A stretch of 64,000 bases of DNA from Alistipes sp. (GCA_045652985.1 JAZOLM010000032.1:6916-70915); one strand, 5' to 3'; shown: positions 41,342 to 49,812, numbered from the stretch's first letter. Numbers and translations are program-made. Notes: a model not told the origin generated them from the sequence alone.

Positions 41342-43735
41342 TTAATTCTCTCCGCCGCTACCAATACGGCTGCGATCCTCGGCCGAGCCACTCTCCACCG
41401 ACTTGGCGCGGAACTGCTTGCCGGAGTTGAAGTTGTAGCTTATCGAGAAGTTTATCATGGGGCGTGACCATGGCTGGTCTATGGTCATCGTGCGCTTGAA
41501 CGATGCCTCCTCTATGGTGATATGCTGCGTTGTGGGCACAATGTTGTTCACGCCGAGCTTGAGTGTAAGCTTGTTATTCAACAGACGCTTCTTGATGCTT
41601 AGGTCCATATTTCCCGTATCATCTATGGTGGTGTTACCCGCTGTCATGCCATGCATATATCTGCCACTAAGCTCGATAAAGAAGTTCTTAGGTAGGGTGA
41701 ATGACATTTGTCCACTAGCGAATGCCATGAAGTTGTGACGCACAGGCTCATCGACATATATACGCTGTCCCATGTACATACCCATAAGGTTGAAGTTCGC
41801 CGACCACCACTTGGTAAACTGGAATGGGAGGTTTACCGATGCGTAGTAGCTGTTCAGTGTGGGGTAGTTGATGCTCTGCAGTATCAGCAACTCGGGGTTT
41901 TGGCTATCCACAAGAGTCGTCTGCTGTATGGCATTCTGCTTAATCTGCACGCCGAGGGTGATGGTGTACTTGTACTTAAGCACGGCCGTAACGGATACCG
42001 AGTTGTCGTACGAGGGCTTGAGGTTGGGGTTGCCTCGCTGTATCATATACTCCGAAATCTTGGTCTCGTCGGGTGATAGAGCCCAGAACGAGGGGCGTGA
42101 TATTGTTCGGGCATACTGCGCAATGATTGAGTATGCGCCATCCTTGGTCAGGGCATACGATATGTTGGCATTGGGGAAGAGGTCGAAGTAGTTTTGTGTG
42201 ACATCGCCCGCCTTATCACGAAAGTAGGTGTACTCGCCACGCAGACCTCCCACCAGGCTTACGCGACCGAGATTTGCTGATGCTATGACATATGCTGCAC
42301 CTATATTCTCCGTGTAGCCTATGTCGTAGCTCTTATCCATGTTGGGTGCCCATGTCTCCTGGGCCATATACTCGTAGTTGGCGAGGTTGCTGTTGTTATT
42401 GTAGGTGTACTTGACACCAGCCTTGAGCATAACTTTGGGTGATAGAACCTTCTCGAGGGCAACGGTGGCGGTACCGAGCTGGTTGCGGCTAAGTGTGTTG
42501 CTACGATATGTCGAGTCACGCTGGATGAGCGTTATTGGGTTAACCTCACGGTCGACGTAGTCATTGTAGTTGGGACTCTTAGAGTCGGTGTAGTCACCGA
42601 TAACCTTTAGCGTAGAGCCCTTGTCATCGAGCTTATATATGTAGTTGAGCGTGGCTGTTATCATCTGGTGATAAAAGTCGTTAGCATAGCTACCATCGGT
42701 GCGTGTGGTTATGCCCGATAGCTGATAGTCGGTCCATGTCTTGGTGGTGCCATCGCCGCCATAGTGGTTGAACTGCACCTCGCCACCCACCGAGTGGCGG
42801 TCGTTGATGTCGTAGACAACGCCAATGTTCGCACCGCCCCACATATTGCTGTTGTCCAACGATGTTGCGGCATCGATGATGCTTCCCGAGGTGTAGTTGG
42901 TATGCTCGGCCGTATTGGTGTAGTTGCCATTGGCACCTGCCCACACGCGACCATAGGCATTGACCTTGCCACGGTTGTAGTTGAGTGATACCGAGGGCAT
43001 GACGTTGTATGCACCTTTCGCCCCCTGTGCCACGAGCGATGCCGAGCCCATGAGTCCCGAGTCAATGCGCTTCTTGGTTGTAATCTTGATGATACCGCCC
43101 GATGACGATGCGTCGTAGTCGGCACCCGACTGTGGTACCACCTCAATCTTCTGAATATCGTCAGAGCGTAGTGAGCGTAGGTAGGCTATGAGCTGCGTGT
43201 TGTCCATCTTCACCTCGCGGTCGTTGAGATATATCTTCGAGCCCGAGGCGCCATTGATAGAGATCTTGTCATCCTGGATCCACACACCAGGGGCAGTCTT
43301 GAGTAGCTCCTCGCCATCCTTGCCCATGGCTATGGGCGAGTTGGCAACATCCACCACAAAGCGATCTGCCTCGCGACGTATGAGCTGACCCGTCACCACC
43401 ACCTCGTCAATCTTCTCGCTATCCTCCTCGAGGGTTATGTCGCCGAGGTTGAGATTGCCGCTGAGTGCTATATCCTGCTGCAGCGTCTTGTAGCCTACGT
43501 AGCTGATGTTTAGCGTGTACTCTCCACTGCTGAGGTGTAGCGTGAACTCTCCTTCGCCGTCAGAGGTGTTGCCCGTAACCTGTGTGCCATTGTTGGTGAC
43601 CACCACTGTAGCATAGGCAATGGCTCGCTGCTCCTTGTCGACGATGCGTCCCGATAGTTGATGCTTTTGTGCCGATGCCTCGTTAGTGCCGAAGAGGATG
43701 AATGGCGCTATGAGCATGTGTAGGATATCTTTCAT
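41342..43735 (-). CDS. TonB-dependent receptor-like outer-membrane beta-barrel
   Basis: Carboxypeptidase-like N-domain, plug (IQKIEVV, GGIIKITTK), GNPNLKP, ISYNF. Confidence 0.9.
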   Translation of the reverse strand: MKDILHMLIAPFILFGTNEASAQKHQLSGRIVDKEQRAIAYATVVVTNNGTQVTGNTSDGEGEFTLHLSSGEYTLNISYVGYKTLQQDIALSGNLNLGDITLEEDSEKIDEVVVTGQLIRREADRFVVDVANSPIAMGKDGEELLKTAPGVWIQDDKISINGASGSKIYLNDREVKMDNTQLIAYLRSLRSDDIQKIEVVPQSGADYDASSSGGIIKITTKKRIDSGLMGSASLVAQGAKGAYNVMPSVSLNYNRGKVNAYGRVWAGANGNYTNTAEHTNYTSGSIIDAATSLDNSNMWGGANIGVVYDINDRHSVGGEVQFNHYGGDGTTKTWTDYQLSGITTRTDGSYANDFYHQMITATLNYIYKLDDKGSTLKVIGDYTDSKSPNYNDYVDREVNPITLIQRDSTYRSNTLSRNQLGTATVALEKVLSPKVMLKAGVKYTYNNNSNLANYEYMAQETWAPNMDKSYDIGYTENIGAAYVIASANLGRVSLVGGLRGEYTYFRDKAGDVTQNYFDLFPNANISYALTKDGAYSIIAQYARTISRPSFWALSPDETKISEYMIQRGNPNLKPSYDNSVSVTAVLKYKYTITLGVQIKQNAIQQTTLVDSQNPELLILQSINYPTLNSYYASVNLPFQFTKWWSANFNLMGMYMGQRIYVDEPVRHNFMAFASGQMSFTLPKNFFIELSGRYMHGMTAGNTTIDDTGNMDLSIKKRLLNNKLTLKLGVNNIVPTTQHITIEEASFKRTMTIDQPWSRPMINFSISYNFNSGKQFRAKSVESGSAEDRSRIGSGGEN

Positions 43736-44277
43736 AAATCTTTTTTGTTTATCTATTTTACTAAGAGTGTTTGTAACCTTCTTTGTTTCAGTTTTATACT
43801 ACAAATTTACCCTCCCCCTATGAATTTTCCAAATTTTAGTATGCTTTTTTTTCGTTGCTCTTCTACTATTAAACGTATAGCAAGGCATAATGTAACATGC
43901 GAAGTGTAATTTTTTTTTCGGAATACCCACTTAAGATTATGTGAAAGGTATAAATTTTTTTTGTAATCATAATTTTTGTTTATTCGTTTGTGTTTTTGCC
44001 ATTGCAAAGTTAGCTCCTTATGATGCGGTAGCCAAATTTTAGCCTCTCGAATTTTTCCACAACACACCTTAAACCATGTTGGTTATCAACACTTTACAGA
44101 TGTGGAATTTGCGAATTTTTCAAGGTGTTGATTACCAATAAGTTACAATAATACTTTTACTATATAATTTATTAATATCTGAATATCAGTTGCTTAGTCA
44201 TAGATATTACATCATTATTGAACAAGGCGCATAAAAAAGGAGTCAACCGATTGCAAGGAGGATACCTCCATTTGGCA

Positions 44278-44408
44278 AAGTATAACAAGAGCTGATATTA
44301 GGCTAACGCTCCTTTTCATTGCTTCGGCTCAAAAAAGCGCAGTTTGCTGAGTGTAAATGGCATTTTGAGAGCGAGCGTAACGACAAATTAGTCTTGTTAG
44401 ACAGCTTC
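44278..44408 (-). mobile_element. Diverged MITE-like copy (same family as 55730 and 39377)
   Basis: Reverse complement reads GAAGCTGTCTAACAAGACTAATTTGTCGTTACGCT...ATTTAC...AAACTGCG...GAGCCGAAGCAA...AGCTCTTGTTATAC. Confidence 0.75.
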
Positions 44409-44475
44409 ATGTAGCGGAGTGGTCCACTTCGATAGATATTGCACATAGCAACATCAATCCGAAAATCTTTTTCAT
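44407..44475 (-). pseudogene. Truncated secreted-protein gene or 22-aa peptide
   Basis: MKKIFGLMLLCAISIEVDHSAT*; AT-rich initiation region upstream; stop codon overlaps the MITE end. Confidence 0.45.
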
Positions 44476-44534
44476 AATACTTTGAATTTAAGTTAAACAA
44501 TAAGTGTCAAGCCAAGACGGCAACCGTATAACTC

Positions 44535-44730
44535 AAAAAGAGAAGCGTGGGTATAGCTTACTCACGGAAGGGACGACCAAGCACCTGTACGAACATAAGC
44601 ACAACCCACGCCATAGGGCGTGAGCATTCAGTGTGCCTATTGCTTGTTCGTAGTGTAATTTTGGTCGTTTTACCGTGAACGCAATAGCCTAAATGCCATC
44701 AAAACAAACTGCGTATTCCGCAATCCCGAT
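44535..44730 (-). ncRNA. Candidate structured leader RNA / attenuator
   Basis: TACCTTTG box at 44740-44733; long interrupted hairpin 44562-44678; overlapping alternative hairpin plus U-rich tail. Confidence 0.55.
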
Positions 44731-44867
44731 TACAAAGGTAAGAAAAAGTTTGGAGATTAGAAAATTTTGTAGTACTTTTATAATGACTTTATACGATGTA
44801 ATCCAAACACTAAATTCAAAAATTACATCACCACCTCTTCCTTGAAAGAGAATAAACCCAGCGGTAG

Positions 44868-44915
44868 TGAAGTGACCCCAAAAGTTTAGACAAAAAAACT
44901 TTTGGGGTCACTTCA
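44868..44915. repeat. Perfect 20-bp inverted repeat resembling IS3-family termini
   Basis: TGAAGTGACCCCAAAAGTTT-agacaaaa-AAACTTTTGGGGTCACTTCA. Confidence 0.75.
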
Positions 44916-44925
44916 AATGCGTTGT

Positions 44926-45150
44926 GGGTATCCTTTTTAATACCCGTACAACTGGATGAGCGCCTTTGTGATGGTTGAGCTACACCCATGTCGCGGGTAT
45001 TATTTTTAATACCCGTGTGAAGGTAGTGTGTAAATAGTCAGATGTCGACACTAATCAACGTGGGTATCTTTTTTAATACCCGTGTGCAGGTAGTGTGTGT
45101 AAGTGGTCAAATGTCAATACCAATTAACGCGGGTATTAAAAATGATACCC
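44926..45150. repeat. Left arm of interspaced palindrome array (4 copies of GGGTAT-N8-ATACCC)
   Basis: Copies at 44926, 44995, 45062, 45131; periods 69, 67, 69 bp. Confidence 0.95.
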
Positions 45151-45175
45151 GTACGCGGTGAGAGTTGTAATAGGT

Positions 45176-45406
45176 TTACTCAATGCTGATATTGGATAGC
45201 GCTCTGCCAAGCTCTCTGATATATCTTTCAATCTCCATGCGACGCTCGAGCGTTGGGCGCTTCACACCATTAACATATTGCTGCATCAATGTCTCGTTGA
45301 TGCCAATGGCTCGCGCAACCTGTCGCACATTTAGTTCAGGAAATCTGTTGAATAGCTCTCCAATATGATTTCTCTCCATTGTGAATTTTGTGGTGTGCTT
45401 ATCCAT
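45176..45406 (-). CDS. Stand-alone XRE-like HTH protein, 76 aa (resembles C-terminal HTH of Bacteroidales HicB-like antitoxins)
   Basis: ELNVRQVARAIGINETLMQQYVNGVKRPT..R..EIERYIRELGRAL; start MDKH at 45406 lies just downstream of the predicted promoter. Confidence 0.88.
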   Translation of the reverse strand: MDKHTTKFTMERNHIGELFNRFPELNVRQVARAIGINETLMQQYVNGVKRPTLERRMEIERYIRELGRALSNISIE

Positions 45407-45422
45407 AGTGTAGATTTTTATA

Positions 45423-45454
45423 CAAATGTAGGTATTATTTTTAATACCCACAAA
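45423..45454 (-). promoter_or_regulatory. Bacteroidetes sigma-A promoter of the HTH gene with palindromic operator in its spacer
   Basis: Minus strand: TTTG (45454-45451), 20 nt, TACATTTG (45430-45423); palindrome copy occupies 45430-45449. Confidence 0.8.
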
Positions 45455-46725
45455 TCCATAAATATATTATTTGTCTTGGGAGAACTATCCCGCCACGTGG
45501 GTATTAAAAAAGATGCCCATCACACATGGGACGATTATTAGATGGAGTGCGCTATCGCATGGTGGCGATTTGATTGTATGATGAAGTGCCCAGCAGCGCG
45601 GGTATTATAAAAGATACCCACAATGTGTGGGGCAAGCTATTGCCTTTGGAGTTGGAGAGGGATTGTTGCGCGGGTATTAAAAATAATACCCGCAACATAT
45701 GGGGACTATTAGATCGATCGAGCTTACGGGTATTAAGAGCGATGCCTGCAAATTTATTAGCGAAATTCCTTTCTTGATGGGGGGGGCTTCGCTGCTATAT
45801 GGGTATTAAAAATAATACCCGCATTGCTTTGGAAAATAATATACTCCATTTTTCAACTCCACTGCCACGTGGGTATTAAAAAAGATACCCATCACACATG
45901 GGACGATTATTAGATGGAGTGCGCTACCTAACGGGTATTATAAAAGATACCCGCAACACATGGGGGGGAGCTATGTTATTATTTGATGGTGAGTCATGCA
46001 CATGGGTATTAAAAAAGATACCCGCAAATTAGGGATACTAGTTTTGTCATTGGGGAGGGGAACTGTTGCTCGGGTATTAAAAATAATACCCACATCACAA
46101 GAAGAAAGCAAGGGTCTTGCTTGCAACACTCTATCTTAGCGCGGGTATTAAAAAAGATACCCACAAATTAAGGAGCGAAATGCCTTTCTTAAGGGGAAAC
46201 CATCACTGCTATCCGGGTATTAAAAAAGATACCCGCAAAATAAGTGGTGAAATTCCTTTCTTGATGGGGGACTTCGCTACTATCTGGGTATTAAAAAAGA
46301 CACCCACAAATTAAGGAGCGAAATGCCTTTCTTAAGGGAAAAGCTTCACTGCTATCCGGGTATTAAAAATAATACCCGCAACACATGGGGGAAGCTATGT
46401 TATTATTTGATGGTGTGCCATGCACATGGGTATTAAAAAAGATACCCGCAAAATAGGGATACTAGTTTTGTCATTGGGGAGGGGAACTGTAGCTCGGGTA
46501 TTAAAAATAATACCCACATCACAAGAATAGAACAAGGGTCTTACTTGCAACACTCTATCTATGCACGGGTATTAAAAAAGATACCCGCAAAATAGGGATA
46601 CTAGTTTTGTCATTGGGGAGGGGAACTGTTGCTCGGGTATTAAAAATAATACCCACATCACAAGAAGAAAACAAGGGTCTTGCTTGCAACACTCTATCTA
46701 TGCACGGGTATTAAAAAAGATACCC
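45430..46725. repeat. Right arm of interspaced palindrome array (19 copies of GGGTAT-N8-ATACCC)
   Basis: Copies at 45430, 45499, 45600, 45672, 45728, 45801, 45871, 45933, 46004, 46072, 46143, 46215, 46286, 46358, 46428, 46496, 46567, 46635, 46706; period mostly 68-73 bp. Confidence 0.97.
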
Positions 46726-47191
46726 GCTAATTAAGTGGTGAAATTCCTTTTTATAGTGTGAGCTAGTGCCAACAAAACAATCTTCTCGGATGCTTCAAGC
46801 CTCACTCCCAATACGATTTATTGTTCTTGCCCGACTTTTGTCGGATAGTTACAGTTTTTTGAAGTTATGGTGGGTGGTCAAAAGTGAACTTTGCAATCAC
46901 GGCGCGGGGAGAACAAGTTTACTTGTTACGCCTCGCCGTAGCAAAGTGGAGGCATTACGTAGTTTTGCCTCAAAAGTAGTGTGTCTGCGAAATAGGATTA
47001 ACGGATAGGAACGGTTGGAGTAATAGGTGCGCGTTTTGCTTGATAGGAGCGATAGCAATATACTCGCGCGCAAGCAATCATATTGCTCCTACGATATAAG
47101 ATATAAACCTCTCGCGAAGCGCACCACACTTTTCGGTTTTCACCTCTCCCTTTTCACCTTAAATCAACACCATCCTCCATTAGTAGATGCC

Positions 47192-47228
47192 AAAAACAAT
47201 AGGGGCGCTGCCCATGGCAACGCCCCTA
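47192..47228 (-). terminator. Terminator of the carboxyltransferase gene
   Basis: TAGGGGCG..CGCCCCTA stem followed by TTGTTTTT on the minus strand. Confidence 0.8.
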
Positions 47229-47248
47229 CATATATATATGTTATCCCT

Positions 47249-49591
47249 TTACTTGATAACTACAAGTGGCTGGTCAGCCTGAACGGTATCGCCCTCAGCA
47301 ACCAAGAAACCGAGAATCTTACCAGCATAGTCTGCCGAGATAGAGTTCTCCATCTTCATTGCCTCGAGGATCATAATCTCCTGACCCAAAGCTACGGTAT
47401 CACCCACCTTTGCCTTAATCTCGATAACACGACCTGGAAGTGGAGCGTTCACGGTGTTGCCATCAGCAGCAGTAACCTTCTGCTCAGCAGCAGCGTCGCC
47501 AGCGTCCTCCATAGAGTCGGCAACCTCGATAAGGATAGCATCAGCAGCTACGGTCTCACCCTCAGCTACCAAGATCTGCTTGATGAAGCCGCCGTGGTCG
47601 GTGGTGATTGAGTTCTCCATCTTCATAGCCTCGAGGATCATAACCTCGTCGCCAGCGTTCACCTTATCGCCAACCTTAACCTTGAGCTCGATGACGCGAC
47701 CTGGAAGTGGTGCGCATACGGTCTTGCCAGTCACAGGGCGCTTGCCACCAGCACCGGCACCTGCCTTAGCGCTCTCGATCTCGATGATGATGCCCTCAGC
47801 CTGTACGGTATCTCCCTCCTTAACGATGATCTGCTTAACCTTACCAGCGTAGTCTGAGGTGATAGAGTTCTCCATCTTCATAGCCTCGAGGATGGCAACC
47901 TCCTGACCAACAGCTACCGTATCGCCAACCTTAACCTTAAGCTCGATGACGCGACCTGGAAGTGGTGCGCAGATGGTGTCGCCAGTGATAGGCTGAAGCT
48001 CCTTAACCTCCTCCTTCTGGAGTGATGGGTCAGCAGCAACCTTCTCAGCATAAGCTGCCTCCTTAACGCCTGTGAGGTATGCCTTAGCTACGAGTGGGAA
48101 CAACTCGAGCAAGAGCTCCTCCTTCTCGTTCTCGGCGAGCAATACGCCGCCTGCCTTCTCCAATACTGGGTTAGGCTGCTTCTGATACTTCGATGTATCG
48201 TATGGACGCTCCTCTCTAAAGCCACAAATCTTCTCGCGGAAGTCCTCTGAAATCTTCACTGGAGTGCGACCATAGTCACCCTTAACAAGGCCTACGAACT
48301 GTGCTGACTTGTTAGTATACATAGCGCGACCAGCCTTCTCGTCCATAGCGCAGTTTACTGCCTGAGCACCCACGATCTGTGATGTTGGGGTTACGAGAGG
48401 TGGAAGACCTGCTGCGAGACGTACAGGAGGGATAAGCTCCATAGCGCGTGGGAGGATATCCTCAGCGCCGAGCTGCTTGAGCTGTGCTACCATGTTTGAG
48501 TACATACCACCAGGGATCTCTGCATCCTGAACGAGCTTGTTAGGAGCTGGGAAGCCGAAGTATGCCTCGATAGCCTGTGATGCTACGAGAAGCTCATCCC
48601 AGTTCTCAGCCTGTGCAGCTGCAACGCAACGGTCGAGCAATGCGTCAACCTCAGCAGGAGTCTCGTCTACGAGTGGGTTGAATGGCTTTGGAAGTGGCTT
48701 CTCTGCGCCGAATACTGAGATCTCGAGCTCCTTGCGGATATCCTTCAACTGCTCGTTGATCTTAGCCACAGCCTCCATGTTTGCGCCGAGCTCAATGCCG
48801 AGCTTCTTACAGAAGAGGTATACCAACTCTACTGCAGGAGCACCGGTACCACCACCAAACCACCAGCAGTTGGTATCAACGATGTCGACACCAGCTACGA
48901 TAGCTGCGTATACCGAACCAAGACCATAACCTGGGGTACAGTGTGTGTGGAAGTCAACGGTTACGCCGAGCTCGCTCTTAAGAAGCTTGATAAGACCTGC
49001 CACGCGTGCTGGTGGGATCAAACCTGACATATCCTTGATGGTGATCATGTCGGCACCAAGCTCTGCCATCTGGCGTGCCTTGTCGAGGAAGTAGGCGTCG
49101 GTAAATACCTTCTCGTGCTCCTCGCCGTCGTTGTACTTAGGATCTACGGTGTAACATACAGCGCAGTCAGCGATACCGCCATACTGCTTGATATACTTGA
49201 TAGTAGACTTAACGTTGTCAACGTCGTTCAAGGCGTCGAAGATACGCATGATACCCAAGCCGCTCTCGATAGCATTGCGTGAGAAGCCATCGATAATCTC
49301 ATCGGTATATGGAGCGTAGCCAAAGAGGTTACGACCGCGCGAGAGAGCTGTTAGCTTCGAAACGTCGCCCACCGCCTTCTTGATGGTCTCAAGACGAGTC
49401 CATGGGTTCTCGTTAAGGTAGCGCATAACAGAGTCGGGCACTGCACCGCCCCATACCTCCATAGCGTAGAAGCCTGCATCCTTATAGTAAGGAAGGCAAC
49501 GGTCTACCTGCTGCTGGGTCATACGTGTTGCGAATGACGACTGCTGGCCGTCGCGCAACGTTAGGTCGCGAATTTTTAGCGTCTTTGCCAT
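47249..49591 (-). CDS. Oxaloacetate decarboxylase alpha / pyruvate carboxylase B-like carboxyltransferase with three biotinyl domains
   Basis: LRDGQQS, EVWGGA, IKDMSG, HTH, IPGGMYSN, LVTPTSQIVG; three EAMKMEN motifs. Confidence 0.93.
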   Translation of the reverse strand: MAKTLKIRDLTLRDGQQSSFATRMTQQQVDRCLPYYKDAGFYAMEVWGGAVPDSVMRYLNENPWTRLETIKKAVGDVSKLTALSRGRNLFGYAPYTDEIIDGFSRNAIESGLGIMRIFDALNDVDNVKSTIKYIKQYGGIADCAVCYTVDPKYNDGEEHEKVFTDAYFLDKARQMAELGADMITIKDMSGLIPPARVAGLIKLLKSELGVTVDFHTHCTPGYGLGSVYAAIVAGVDIVDTNCWWFGGGTGAPAVELVYLFCKKLGIELGANMEAVAKINEQLKDIRKELEISVFGAEKPLPKPFNPLVDETPAEVDALLDRCVAAAQAENWDELLVASQAIEAYFGFPAPNKLVQDAEIPGGMYSNMVAQLKQLGAEDILPRAMELIPPVRLAAGLPPLVTPTSQIVGAQAVNCAMDEKAGRAMYTNKSAQFVGLVKGDYGRTPVKISEDFREKICGFREERPYDTSKYQKQPNPVLEKAGGVLLAENEKEELLLELFPLVAKAYLTGVKEAAYAEKVAADPSLQKEEVKELQPITGDTICAPLPGRVIELKVKVGDTVAVGQEVAILEAMKMENSITSDYAGKVKQIIVKEGDTVQAEGIIIEIESAKAGAGAGGKRPVTGKTVCAPLPGRVIELKVKVGDKVNAGDEVMILEAMKMENSITTDHGGFIKQILVAEGETVAADAILIEVADSMEDAGDAAAEQKVTAADGNTVNAPLPGRVIEIKAKVGDTVALGQEIMILEAMKMENSISADYAGKILGFLVAEGDTVQADQPLVVIK

Positions 49592-49756
49592 ATTTCACTT
49601 AGGTTTTATTTAGTTAGTTTTAAGTTGTTCATTCATCACAGATAGTCTATCTCACATCTTTGACTAACAAATTTAAGCAAAATATTTCTACCCAACAAAT
49701 ATTTTTGTAGAAAAAGTGTTAAATGAGGCGTTTATTGGACTCTATACTATAGAGAG

Positions 49757-49790
49757 AGGAGGCCGACCTCGAATAACTGGTCAGCCTCCT
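49757..49790 (-). terminator. Hairpin downstream of the small ORF
   Basis: AGGAGGCCGACC...GGTCAGCCTCCT. Confidence 0.6.
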
Positions 49791-49812
49791 TGGCTATTTA
49801 GCGAATGCCGCT

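Noticed and set aside
45176-45406. Complete type II toxin-antitoxin module (hicAB/higBA)
   Set aside because: No toxin ORF adjacent and no N-terminal HicB domain; only the HTH is present.
45407-45451. Extended 91-aa start of the HTH ORF
   Set aside because: The extension runs through the predicted promoter and operator; ATG at 45406 fits better.
45574-46314. ORFs 45574-45777 and 46117-46314 with repeated GIKKDT peptides
   Set aside because: By-products of the DNA repeat; unit lengths of 68, 70 and 71 bp break the frame and the starts are non-ATG.
44926-46725. Calling the palindrome array a CRISPR array
   Set aside because: Repeat is only 20 bp, spacers are long and reused, orientation flips, a gene interrupts the array, one repeat sits inside a promoter, and no cas genes are in the window.
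46766-47611. ORFs 46766-47008 and 47027-47611
   Set aside because: No recognisable motifs; they cross hairpins or lie antisense to the carboxyltransferase gene.
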